DNA of 45,088 nucleotides from Basidiobolus ranarum (Eukaryota): NCBI GenBank assembly GCA_040143965.1, contig JASJQH010006903.1, positions 1 to 45,088 of the forward strand, read 5' to 3'. Shown piece by piece: positions 23,189 to 35,745 of this stretch (position 1 is its first letter; each line of letters starts with the position of its first letter). The notes under the pieces were generated by a model. It saw only the letters and a program-made list of their open reading frames with translations, ran no database searches and was not told where the DNA came from. The position numbers and the translations under genes were made by a program.

Positions 23189-25376
23189 CTATTCTGCAGG
23201 TACAGTTTCCCGAGCTTGGGAGAAGAATAATCGAACTTCATTGGAGCCAATATTTTCAAGTTGGTATTGATTACCTGGTAAGAGATATCTCTTTGTTAGT
23301 TACATCTCATCATAGTGATGCATTGAATAAATCCTCACTCACCTCTGGGCACATGAAACTGACCTCCAGTAGATATATCAAATGAGGCCTTATGGATGGT
23401 AACTTTACAAGAGCCGGATATAACGAAAAACACCTAATAGAAATGAATTAAATCGGTGTTCCAAATAATCACCTGATTTGATATTCGCAATTTACCATAG
23501 CATTGTCACCTGAATTTCTTTTAGGCTTTAATCCTTGCGGATGAATCTTGATGATACCAGAAGACATGAAAGCTGCCTCTCCAAAGGTTTTTTCGAACTC
23601 AAATGGCTGATTCTTTACAGGCTTTGTAACAACCATTCCCTTTGTCAAGCCGACGACTAGAAATATCAAGTTAATACGTTAGCGGTCACGTTTGCCTCAA
23701 CACACAATGCCACGACTTACCTTGCTCAACTTCCTCTCCGGTATACCAATCAAGAACTGCGATCTTGTCAATAGGTTTGTCGTCATACTCCTCTTCATCA
23801 TTTTCTTTTTTCCCTTTCTTAGCTCCAACCTTTCTCTTGGATTTTTTGGACAATGGTAGGTGCTCCTCTGGAACTGTCACAATCTCTTTGACAACAGATA
23901 CAATATTGGGACCTTCAAGTGAAATTCATGAATACATATGAATAGAGCTTCTAGAAATGTTGACATGACTTACCAGACTTCCGACGACCATACACAATTC
24001 TCTCATTACGCCAGAAATCCAGTGGTTTAACCTTCGTTCTACTGCTTTTTCTAACACCTAAATGGATGATAAATGAATTGGTCATTTCGAATTATTTAGC
24101 AACACATATTTACCATGCTCTTCTTCCTCATCCTCACGAGCTCGAGCCTTTGCTTTCACGATTGCTAAACCATCACTCTTAATTAGATACACTTTAGAGA
24201 AAGCTAACATAAAATGTAAACTTTACTTTTCTTGACGACGGGTTTCTTGTAAGGCTCCGCTTTTGGCACTACATGATAGAGTTAGATTCACATTCAAGAA
24301 ATCTTCGACAAATGTATATTTGGGAAATTACCTTTGGCGATAGTTTTTGGCTTTGGTGGAGATGGTCTATGATGAGTTGGGGACATTTGAATATCATCTT
24401 CGCTTAGATTTTCATCCGAAAGGACTTGATCGAGTTCTTCGTTGAACTCTGGAGGAATACTTTCCGATCTTCTGTTAGTTCTGGGACTTAGGTTCGAATC
24501 ATCCAAGACTGAATCAAGCTCAGTTTCTTCAGGTTCTAAGACAGACAGGGATACATCTAGATCAGATACAATTGAATCTTCCATAGATTGGCTCATCCGG
24601 CTTGGAGAATCAAAGGTATTGTGGGGTAAACGTTGCCCCCGTGGAGAGGATTTAGGAGTACTGGTTACCACGGTATGATGTATAGGTGATGCTTTGGACT
24701 TGAAATCGATTTTCTTTTTTACCAAACCAATATCGGGAGAATCGGTGCTTTCTTCAAATACATGATGGGCCCTTTTCACCGAATAACTACTACGGTTGGT
24801 AGGCTTGGCAAGTGGCGAACTTTTTGTACGATGACTGATGATGGAGGACACTAAAGAAATCCCGAGAAAAGTTAAAAAGCAATGCATTGGATAGACTACA
24901 AAACTATCTTTATAGTACCTGAAGATTGATTGAGATAAGTGTGAGGACTAACTCCACTTTCTATGTATCAAATAAATATAAAATATTCATATTAAACAGG
25001 TGTCCAAGAATAAATTCAATGGAAATAAACAAACCAGCTGAAAATTCCATATCTGCAGATTCTTCAAAAGTAGTCTCCAAGTCAGTATGTTCTACATCGA
25101 TACTCTGACTTTGGGTGTATACTTTGGTTACTTCTTTCTCCTCCTCTGAAGAACTTTCAAAGAAATCGTCGATATTATCTAACCCATCCTCGTCTTGTAA
25201 AATATTCTCTCTTATGAGAACCCCGGTTTTTCTATTAAATCCCCAAAAAAGTTATGTCAACGTTAATTAAGATGTTGAAGAATGTTAAAAATTAACTCTC
25301 ACCTTCCGCGTACACCAATGTCTGTGAACTGATTTTCACGCTTATGACGCTTTTCTCTAGGCTTGACGGAGTTCAT
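23189..25376 (-). CDS. MIF2: Inner kinetochore protein CENP-C (Mif2/Cnp3), many small exons
   Basis: N-terminal DIGVRGR/KTG...DEDGLDNIDDFF. CENP-C motif VRKSSRTKVKPLDFWRNERIVY. C-terminal cupin SGIIKIHPQGLKPKRNS...FHVPRGNQYQLEN. Confidence 0.92.
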
Positions 25377-25940
25377 ATTTTGCTAAAGGTTACGAACGTA
25401 CTTTTGGACAGTTGAGATAGGATAAAGGTCAGAGAATCAACTCTTGCTTAACTAGATCAGTGGAAGGATGGATAGGAAGGTCGTAATAATAAACAAACGT
25501 TGAATTTTCTTGCTGGAAGGACCAACAACCTGAAAAAGACAAGTAACAATTTTGCAGTATTCGCGTATTGACACGCTTAGAATTTATAATAGTCACTTAT
25601 TTTGATCAAGATCGCTGAACCAACAACAAGTAAATAAATCACACTATTGGTGAGAATCCGAATCAAAATATTTGTACACAATGAAATGGTTCATAGTACA
25701 TATTGTGTTCCTTCGGTTAAGTGTGTATAAAATCCTACTTCGAATCAAGGGAAATGCATAACTTAAGTAGACTCTTAGATAAAGTATAAAAGAACAAAAC
25801 AATAGCGAACTTTTATTACTAGTACAAGTTGTCTATACAAAAATGGAAGTATGTAAACTGAATCAGCGCATTAAAGTCATAACCCTTGGGATTAAATAGA
25901 GGGATATCTTGTAGGGTATCTGGATGAATTGCTTATTGAC

Positions 25941-28561
25941 TCAAGCATCTCTAGCAAGTTGAAACAAGGCTGACTTGCGTTTATTTCTACCTTTGGATTT
26001 CTGGCCAGCCAGTCGAACGTTGAGCTGAGGGGTTTTGGCAACAGGTGTTTTCTCGTTATCACTGTCGTCAGAACTACTGCTACTACTATCGCTATCACTG
26101 GCATTATCCTCTTCAGATGATGAAGTTTCCATAGGCTCCGGACGATTCTTGGAAATAGTAGGTGTTACACCACCAGCAATAGCTGATGCTTTGGCGGCCA
26201 AATTGGTTAATTTTGCTGAAGCAGCGATTTGTCGAAGGGAAGAGAATGAAGGCTTTTGATATGGGGTGTACATCTGTGAAGCCTTTGAGGCGTTCGTGTT
26301 GGGAGTTGCCATATTGGGAGGAGTCGGTTTCGAAGCAGAATTATCATCATCAGAGGAATCATCACTATTACTATCGGAACTACTACCAGAGCTGCTGGAC
26401 TCTGGGGCGGGTTTTCCGCTTGCCACCTTTACAGGAGTAGATGTCGACTCCATAGGAGAGGGCTTAACTTGCTCTTTACGAATAGGAGAATTTTGAGACA
26501 TTATTGCCGAGGTAACTCTAGCCAAAGCAGGCGCTTTCTTGCTAGACATGATAACTGGAGGAGTATGTAATGGCTCAGAAGCAATATCTTCTACTCCATC
26601 TTCTTCATCATCATCCTCATCAGCACCAAGTAAAAGACGTCCCATCATACGACCAGCTTCAACACCCGTGGTATCTCTCAGCTGAATTCCAAAAGTATTT
26701 GACTTGCTGTCTATTTGAGCATCAGATTGATGAGGGGTGGGTGTATCCGGAATAACAGTAGCAGAATTTACTTTTTTTGCTTGACCTTTCGAAGTAGCCG
26801 CGATAGTCTTGGCCTGATCATCAACTTTCTTTTGAGGACTAGCTAATGGAGCCATAGCTTCAGGTTTCTTATTGGTCGATTCCTGCTTACCCTTGGCTGG
26901 GGATGGCGAAGCAGGGAGTTTGGCGCCTTTAGTATCAAGTGGAGCTGCGACTTCAGGTTGAGTGATATTGATGTTTGCTTTTACTTGAGGCTTCGATTTA
27001 GCAACTGTAGGCGTGTTTTTAACAATGGTCTTGGCTGGCTCTCTTGCCGGAATGGTAGTAACTTTAGCTTTGACTGTTTTTTCATCGTTGGCGACCAATG
27101 CCGGGTTTGGGGCACCACCCTTCGAGTTCTGCTTGTTCGCAGGTGGAGAAGCTACTTTGGCTTTGTTCTCTACGACTTTGTTGTTTTTGCTGGTGTCTTT
27201 TGAATCTTTTACATTGTGATCTGGAGCCTCAGCCTCTACCTTGTTTTTGGATAGTGGAGTCTCAGCCTTACGCTTTTTACTTGGGGTTTCGACGGGCTTT
27301 GCCATTTGCTCTGGGATATTTTTTTTTCCAACTTCAACAGGAGTTGCTTCCTTCTGAACTGATTTCTTATCCACAACAGTGTTTTGTTTTTTATTAACCT
27401 CGGCTTTCTTTGGGACATCAAGCTCCATAGGATCATTGAGCTGCGTATCTTGAGAAACCGGAGCTGGTGTATTTTTGGCCTTTTTGTTCTTAGGTTGGTT
27501 TACCACCGTCTTTTGGGGTGGTTGGGATGGCTCCTGAGGCTTATCAAGGGAAGCGGCATTTTTTTGGGTATCTTGTTGGACTTGCTTTTTACCTTTGCCC
27601 TCTTTTTGTGTTGTGACTGGGGTAGTCGTAGGTGGAGTAACCACTTTCTTGGGTGCAACCTTGGGTTCTTCTTTAGCCAATGGGGCTTGTTTTTTAGCTT
27701 GAGCTTGAGTTTGGGCCTTGGTTAATCCGGTAGGCTTTTTAGCAGCAGCTGGTGCGGTTTGTTGGGGAGCTTTGGTAATTTCTTTTGCTGGTTGATCTGA
27801 TTTAGCACCTTTAACTTCGGTACTTTTTACAGTTTGGGGAGCCTTACTGGTGGACACAGCAGAAGTTTTTTTGTTAGGGACAGCCTTAACAGTTTCTGTT
27901 ACCTGTTGTTCAGGTTGAGTGGTCTCGACGACGGGTACATTTTGTTGATTCTTCTTCTTCGCCTTCTTCTTTTTGGGTTGAGGCTCAGGAGTTTGCTTAA
28001 CTTCGGTGTTTTCTTTCACGACATCAGAGGTATTTGAAACAGTTGGTGCAGGAACTTTCTGTTCAGGTGAAACTTTAGTGTTAGTTTCGTTCTGGTTTTG
28101 CTTTCTTTTCTTTGTTTGTTCCTCAGCTTTCTCAGGAACTGTTTTGGTAGCAACAGGGGAAACTGCTGGTTTCTTTTGGTTCATAGGATTATTGGCAAGA
28201 ACTGCGTAAACAATATTACTTTCATCGAAAACCTCAGAAACTTTGAAATCGTCATCAAGCTCACATAGAGATGAATCACGAAGTCTAGTGACGGTAGCGC
28301 GACTATTGAGTTGACCCAAGTTAATATAGTAATTAAGGATATAGAAAATAAAAAAATGATGTCATACCTGCCACTAGGATAAAGTTTGGAGAACATGTCC
28401 TCAATTTTACGTCTTACACTTAAAAGAGAAGCATTGGCTTCAGTAAGTAAAAGAAACTTTTTAACTGGTTTAGCAGACCAATTTTGAATGAGTTTCTCCT
28501 CTCCAACATTCACGATGTTAACCTGAAGTTTAAATCTTTTGGATGCTTTGGGAGTAGACAT
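25941..28561 (-). CDS. Dnt1/Net1/Tof2-like nucleolar protein (Cytokin_check_N-type N-terminal domain plus K/P/Q-rich low-complexity body); one intron at ~28303-28367
   Basis: Spliced N-terminus KKFLLLT...IEDMFSKLYP...RLRDSSLCELDDDFKVSEVF. Ser/Asp tracts and a basic C-terminus. Confidence 0.75.
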
Positions 28562-28970
28562 GGTTGAACTTCCTGATCAAACAAAGGTAAGAACCGTGTT
28601 AAAGAGTAAGTCCACTTTTTATTGAGCTTCCCTCCACGAAAGTTATTTTTCTTTTTTAGCCCAACTCTAACTAAGCTAAATCGCATTCAATCAGATCTAA
28701 GTAAAAAAAAAATCATGGCTGTGAATTCAAATATGCGATTGACTTCCATTTCTTTAAAAGTTTTTCTTTCCTTCCTTAATTGGAATAACTCTCAGATCAT
28801 AATCAAACCAATCCTTTATGTTGCCCTCTATGGTGGCTTTCTTGTTAAATAAGTTCAATCGCTTCTAAGCAGATATATCATAGCTAGGTTTAGAATGTTG
28901 TTAATGAGTTAAGTTCGAGAGCCAATAAAGAATTTTACTTATAACAATTAAAAATTCATGAATCAAATCT

Positions 28971-30513
28971 TCACGACGAGCCATCATGGGCACCGCAAGT
29001 TTGGTAGAGTATGTATGTACCGTTGGGGTACATAATGAACGTGTAGTGGTTTTCTCCGTTAGGCAAGTATCCATGCTCCTTAAATTGCCAGGAAGTGGGC
29101 GAGTCCATGAATCCCCAAACTGAGAAACTGACCCAGGGCAGTTTTTTGTCTCTAATATACTCCCTGGTATTGTTGATCAGTGTGTTGATAGAGTAGGATG
29201 AGATCAATCCGGTTAGCTTAAAACTACTTCCCGTTCCGACTTCAAAAGGTGTTGGTGTGCTGTATATGGACACGAATGGATCCACTGCAGAGTTTGCTTG
29301 AACCCTTGATATCTAGAGTTAACGAGATTCACATTGAATATCTAACAAACAGGATCTGAATATTCACCTTGTTGATTGGCAGGCAACCATACCCAACCAT
29401 TCATATCGCTCCATTGCCTCTTCCTTCCAAATCTCCACATTCTCATTGTCTAACAGCGATTCCATACTAGGAATCTCAATACTTTCGTTGCTACTCTCTA
29501 GATATTTTGGGAAAATCTTTCTAGCTTCAGCGTCGAGAGGAAATTCAAGCTCTACACATTCACCAGCTGGATAAAAAGCTCTTGGTTAATGGCATGTAGC
29601 GTTGTAAAGAGATATCTATATGGCGTAGGTGGAATGCTTACCAGGATTAGTCGATTGAATTAAAAAGGTAAAGGTATCTGTGAGCGTATGTTCAAAACAC
29701 CACTTGACCCTTTCATAGATTTTGTGTCCGGGTATCATGTTATCAGCATTAAGATCAATGGTAACAGCTAGTAATATTGCTTAGTTTCAATATGGTGCAC
29801 TTTTATCATCGTAAAGTACATAACACATTTAGAAACTTACTATATCGGTGCCCTTTGGAAGCAAATTTAGATGGTTTGCCAATGAGTCCAAGTTCTTCAT
29901 ATGTATCTTTTGTAACACTGAGAATCAAATGACCTTGGAATTATCGGTTTATCAGTTTTATCACAAAACACAACGAATAGAATATAATGAAGGCCTACCA
30001 GTGCTATCTAAGGCGAAGACATCATCCGTATCGATTCCAGTATTGTGAGTAAGTGCCGTAACAGAGCCTGTAGGTATAATACTTTAGATAATCTTTGGAT
30101 CTGGTAGAACTATTTCGAAGAAATACCAATCTTACCATTTCTAACGTGGGAGCGAAGGAACTCTGGTTGAATAAAGTAACTCAATCTCAAACGAGCTTTA
30201 TAAAAATATTCGGTATCTAAAACGCCTTTTACAAGCTCGGAGCGAGAGGGTATTTGGCCAGGTACAAAAACTTCAACCTAAATAAATCAATAATGTGTTG
30301 AGAGGAGAGTAGTTGAGGTGGATTTCAAAAGTTTACGAAAATCTTTTAACTAAGTCACAAAGATTAAGCTATAAAATACAAACACGGCTCTACCTGATGA
30401 TTAAACGGATGTTGGAGAACAAAGTTACCATGGCAGGATTTGGGAGAGTTAAAATTCGAGTACGTCAAAAATAACTTTGACCGAGGTGCAGAAACTGGTG
30501 GTAAGTGGCTCAT
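28971..30513 (-). CDS. RPP40: RNase P/MRP subunit p40, multi-exon
   Basis: C-terminal LPWVSFSVWGFMDSPTSW...EHGYLPNGENHYTF. The N-terminal exon reads MSHLPPVSAPRSKLFLTYSNF...QHPFNHQ. Confidence 0.82.
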
Positions 30514-30701
30514 GTCACGTATTATTTCTAAGGTAATTTATATAACGAAAGGGTTGGGCAAGATATGATAATTACATAGCGAAACAGATGTATGCATATT
30601 CGGTCAAACAGTTTTTAATTTTTTTTGTTTGCGATTTATTCTTCATCCAATTTGTGAGTGATAGTGATGCCTGTGACGATTATTTCACAGGTGGCTAGCC
30701 T

Positions 30702-30730
30702 GGCAAGCTCGGTAAGCTCGGTAAGCTCGG
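30702..30730 (+). repeat. Three tandem 9-mers GG(C/T)AAGCTC in the divergent intergenic region
   Basis: ggcaagctc ggtaagctc ggtaagctc gg. Confidence 0.7.
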
Positions 30731-31301
30731 ATATAATTATTTACTCATTGCAACCAACAGCACAAGACTTACCAATAGTTTACTACTTGTACGCAACAAC
30801 ATCGAAATCAAAGTACATGAAGCATTGTACTCGTAGAATAGCATAACTATCTGATTGGCTCTGTAAAGCCCAAGAGCATCTGTTGCCCCGACTTGACGCT
30901 ATGTTGTCGGAATGTTTGGTTATCTTCTGTAACCCAAATTGTGATCAGTGGTTACATGAGCGCGGGTGATTTCCTAGTCCATCAATTATTAAGGGATTGA
31001 AGACTAGGAAAAATGATCCAATTTATTTGGCCCTATATCCAGTCCAAGCTGTGTCAGAGCTTTTCATTTAACCATCTTTTCCAAGTACTCACTATATTTC
31101 GCGACTTGAGAGTGATCGTGTATACTATTAATCTGTGGTTCTTTAACATTCTATTTTGATAATATTCAAAATATAGGTATCGTGTGTACTATATAAAACT
31201 CCACATCTTACTGTAACTGACGAAATAATTGTTTTATTCCCCCCAATTACCCTTTTTGAACAACCATACAGAGCTTATATTTAACGGCTATCCAACTTCT
31301 T

Positions 31302-33805
31302 ATGGATTCTCCTAACCCACCGCTAGCCGATTCACCGAGTACAACTATTCATCCTCTCGAAGTATGTCACCCAAGTGATGAGCATGATGTTTTTGATGCT
31401 GATGAAAGTAAAGGCCCTTCTAAGCAGATCACAGGTGATGCATCATACTCTCATACAAAGCTTTCCGGGCCAACACTTTACTACAAAGGAAATTCAGATG
31501 TACAGTACTTTGACTCTACTCGAGTACTGAGCGATTTCTTCCCTAGTCAGGACTTCACCACAGCAGAGCAATTGTTTAGTGGGAATAATTACAAAGGAAT
31601 TGTCGTTGAAGCGAATAGACTTTTATATCTACTTTATGACTGGGCCATAACTTTTGATAGGAAATTGAAGGCCTCATTTCCCAGCTACAACACCTTAAAA
31701 ATATTTAGCATTTGGACGCTTGTTTTTGTACTTGACACGATCCTTCCAACGGATTTCAGAATCGAATGGGGCCTCTCCTCATTAATGTCCGGCTTCGCTT
31801 GTGTCAGAACATACCAAGCCTCACCCTCAATCTCTCTTGCACTCATTTTATTCTTGCTTTTGATGGATATTATAATTTGGTTTATAGTATATCCGTTGTT
31901 AGATAACTTCTTTCTATATATTCTTGCAGATACATCATTTTATTTGTCGATAATTAGTAGTATTCGAGGGCTTGATTCAGTGTCTTGGCTGATATGGTTC
32001 ACCTTTTTCTCCGTTGATTTATATGGAAGGTCGCTGGATTTTGGGAATCTTTCTCTGTTCATTCCAATTCATGCAGTCAGCTATGGAGTCTACGTGCTAG
32101 CAGCAGAAATCCTGTGCCAGATTATGGAATGGAAGAACAATCGAATCTCTACCTCCGATATTAGTATAGAAGAAACATACCTCAATCAACGTACTCACCA
32201 TCAGTTCCTTCGAATTAATAATAGTCATGAATCTGATGCTCAGAGTAGCACCATCCCCCGTCCTCAAAGATATTCCCCTCTTAGAAAATCCCGAAGAATT
32301 CCTGGAAGTATACGACAACGACATACCTCGGCTCCAGCCCCAGCCGGCGATTCCCCCTTTCTCAAAGACTCCAGGGGTGGTAAATCTTCTGATCCCCTTA
32401 TTCGGTCTTCTCAGGGAGAGGAAATCCCCAATAGCTTTGATTTATGTATTTCCAGAATTACTCCGGTTTCTGTTACCCTATATTGGGTCATGTCCGAGAC
32501 GATCTTACACACTTTGCGATCCTCAAGTAAACCCCACGGGGAAGACCATAATGCAACCGCCACTAAACCTTCTACGTCGGCCACAGAAGAGTCCAAGGAG
32601 AAGAATCCGGAGAATAACTCTTTTGAAGGAAGTGATAGTAGCAACGTTGTAAACACCACCATCTTGCCTATCGAGATCAACAGTATAAAAATCCGAGTCG
32701 ATAATATGCTCTGGCAAGATGTAAATGTTAGTATCGAAGAAGCAAAAGTCATAATTCAAGGACTTAACCCAATCACGGAATATGAGATTACCGTTACTAT
32801 CATGGGATATAGAAGTGTAGTATGCCGTTTCTGCACCTCACCTTCACCCTCAACCGGTAAGTCAGTTATTTATAATGTGATCAAGATTGAATTATACTTA
32901 CTCTATTCCACGCTGAATATCTAGTTATCGCTGACCAACCTGCTCCTGCCACGGAATCCCCTATCGTCGAGTCTAAGATAGAATCGCATATCGAAGACGA
33001 GAAGAAGTCGTTATTACCTGAAGAACCTGATCGATACACCCTTTATCAGTCTCTTTCCTCCGAATTGAACCTTGAAAAGCAGCAGAAGAAAGATGCGCTG
33101 GTTTCTTTGAAAAAACTAAAACGTGATCTTCAGAAATCGGAAGCACAGCTTCGCAATGAAATAGAGATCCTCAATCGTAATCTTGCCAAATCTAACGCAA
33201 TGGATGTTCGTTCAAAATCACGCATTCAATTTCTCCAAGAGCATCTTCGTCAAATGGACGCCCATTCGAAATCTGTCTTGGGGGAAATCGAAGCAGTAAA
33301 ACAAGAACAAAAAGAAATACGTAGCCGGATTGTTGAGGTTGGTGAGGAAGCGAATGAATGTAGACAACAACTCAAAGAAGCTGAAAAGGAATTGCAAAAG
33401 ATAAGTAATGAGTACTCTAAGCAATTAAAAGAGATACAGATGAAACTTCAGAAACTTTCCGCAGCCCATAAGGAAATCAAAAGCAAAGTTCAAGCAATAC
33501 AAGATGTAGAAATCGTCAACCTTCGAAATCAACTTTCACGCGTAGAAGAAGATATATCTAACGCGCTTTCTCATCGTACAAAACTCGCGGCGCGTGAGGA
33601 TGAACTACTTGACGCGGAAAAACGCACCATTCAAACATATGAAGCAGATTGTCGATTACTTCGACAAGAAATAGCTGAGGCTGAAAAACGAGTGGTGATA
33701 CTTCGTGCCACGATGGAAGATGAGGTGAAGTTTGTCAATCAATTGACGATTGAATGCCAAAATCTGCATTCTGTTCAAGCAAGATCTAGAGCTGATTCGC
33801 TTTGA
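31302..33805 (+). CDS. Macoilin-like multi-TM domain + FN3-like domain + long coiled coil (AcrB-like architecture); intron 32857-32924
   Basis: The intron joins ORFs 31302 and 33065 in frame. TM block LKIFSIWTLVFVLDTILPTDFRIEW...RGLDSVSWLIW...IHAVSYGVYVL. FN3-like ITPVSVTLYW...IIQGLNPITEYEITV. Heptad-rich C-terminus of ~240 aa. Confidence 0.8.
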
Positions 33806-34973
33806 ATCATTTACCATCTCCTAACTAAATGTCTTCTCTTGTATACACCACAAATAGTTTCTCGTAAACATACACGGTTACTCTTTACTTTTCACCTTGC
33901 TTTCTTTTCAAAAGCTGGAAAATGATGGTACAAATTTTGTCAAATAAATCGAAAATGAACACAGCCTTTTGAAATATCACTGCCGGAAATTCAGATCAAA
34001 GTAATCTAAATAGCTTTATTGTAATATAAATAGCTTTATTGGAAGGATCATTAACCCTAGATTCTATCTAGTGTGAACTCGAATTTCTAAGGATGAAATA
34101 ACTATCTAAAACATGTTTTGCTGTGTTTGTCTGTAGTCACTGATATTCCATATGTTACCAATTACATGTCAAGCCACATTCAGTGTTGGGAGGACTTGAC
34201 ATACCAAATTACTGCAGATTGTTGAACCAATAAATAAAGGTAACGTACCTTTTATTTGGATTTAAACGATGATTCTTCAACTGAACTAGACGTACTTAAT
34301 ATACCCAAGGTAAAGTATCATCTAGACAATACGAAAGAAGGCTGCAACAGCGAGTGTTGAATTCTGTAAACATGTTAGAAGATATCATCCGGATAATACT
34401 ATTGTCTACAAAAACAACAAAAATCCGAAGAAAACATGCAGTCTACGGCAATTTCGGCATTCAAAATCATCGATTCCGATCATTGGGCCATATAACGGCC
34501 TTACTTTTTCGGTTATAATCGATGTATAAATCATAGTGATTCATTGAGCGACTACTGGAAGTTGATTGGACACAGTTATCAACCAATCAGATTTACACTT
34601 GTAACTAGATACTACAGCTCTGTATTGTTTGAGTATTCTAAGGTGTTCGGAGTATAACAATGATCAACATAAGCATGCTTTATAGAATGCCACAGCGAAA
34701 TTACCTCAAGTGAATACGGGTAGTTAGAGTTCAGATGTAACAATAACTATTTTAGTGAACATGATAGATTGGGCCAGGTCTTTCACCAGCTTTGCAAATT
34801 CATTCGACTCTGTTATAGCTATCAGAATAAGAGCCCTGGGCTCTTTACTTTCTATAGCTTAATCCTTCTTCGTTTAGTCAAACGATCATTGCCCTTATTG
34901 TAATATACTAATATATATCACATACGTTAAATATGGATTGATGCTAAACGAACATAAGCTAGTGACTGTTAGA

Positions 34974-35043
34974 TATTTGTGGCCAATAGCATTAATTGCT
35001 CTAGAAGCTAAAAACCCGAGCAATTAATGCCATTGGACAAATA
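34974..35043. repeat. Inverted repeat/hairpin, ~26-bp stem with 16-nt loop
   Basis: Left arm tatttgt(gg)ccaatagcattaattgctc; right arm gagcaattaatgccattggacaaata. One mismatch and one 2-nt bulge. Confidence 0.85.
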
Positions 35044-35745
35044 CGAGTTTTGTTCAGAATATGATTTGAAAGCAATGTAAATATAGTTGTGGGGAGTCAA
35101 CCCAAAGATATCCCACTGATCCAACTTTTGTGTAACAGCTCTTATATGAGAATTCCACATATATCAAATTGGTTATTCTAGGTGTTTGTTGTTAATATAC
35201 GCGAGCGCACCTTTTAAATGTTTTAAATGCTAACGGTTCAAACACAGCTAACTACATAAATCAAACTGAAATTGAAACGAGCCTGATGAGTTGATGGTAG
35301 CCTCCAGTCAAGAACAGCCGCGAAGTTAACTGAGGGTGGTTATTCAATAAAGCGACAATCTTAGTCCAAACTTTGGAACTAGCATCAGTGATAATCTGAT
35401 CCAGCCAGGAAAATATATTGACTCGTCAATGATAATAATTTGGAAATAGTTCAGTCACAAAAGAGACATTACTAGATCGGATGAGGGGATCCATATTCAT
35501 ATATACACTTGTACTTGATCTCGTAAACCAATATGTGCGCAGATCCAATCATGCCGACAATGCGCATCTTATGCTTACCAATTATTTAAGCCGAGCGCAA
35601 CATTGCATTATATATATAAAGGCACTGTTTGTGGAGTAACAAATATCAATTCGATACTACTTCATAAGCTCAACTTCAACTCTACTTTATTTGTAGTGAT
35701 TTTACTCCACTAAATTCTAATCTTCGTTGCTACATACACATTCAG

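Noticed and set aside
26035-28209. Many plus-strand ORFs opposite the Dnt1-like gene
   Set aside because: They are antisense shadows of low-complexity K/P/Q-rich coding sequence.
23189-30513. CENP-C, Dnt1-like and RPP40 as a co-oriented nuclear gene cluster
   Set aside because: These are housekeeping genes without a shared pathway or visible shared motif, so adjacency is likely chance.
34001-34040. 20-bp tandem duplication gtaat(c/a)taaatagctttatt
   Set aside because: AT-rich slippage duplication near a 3' end, with only two units.
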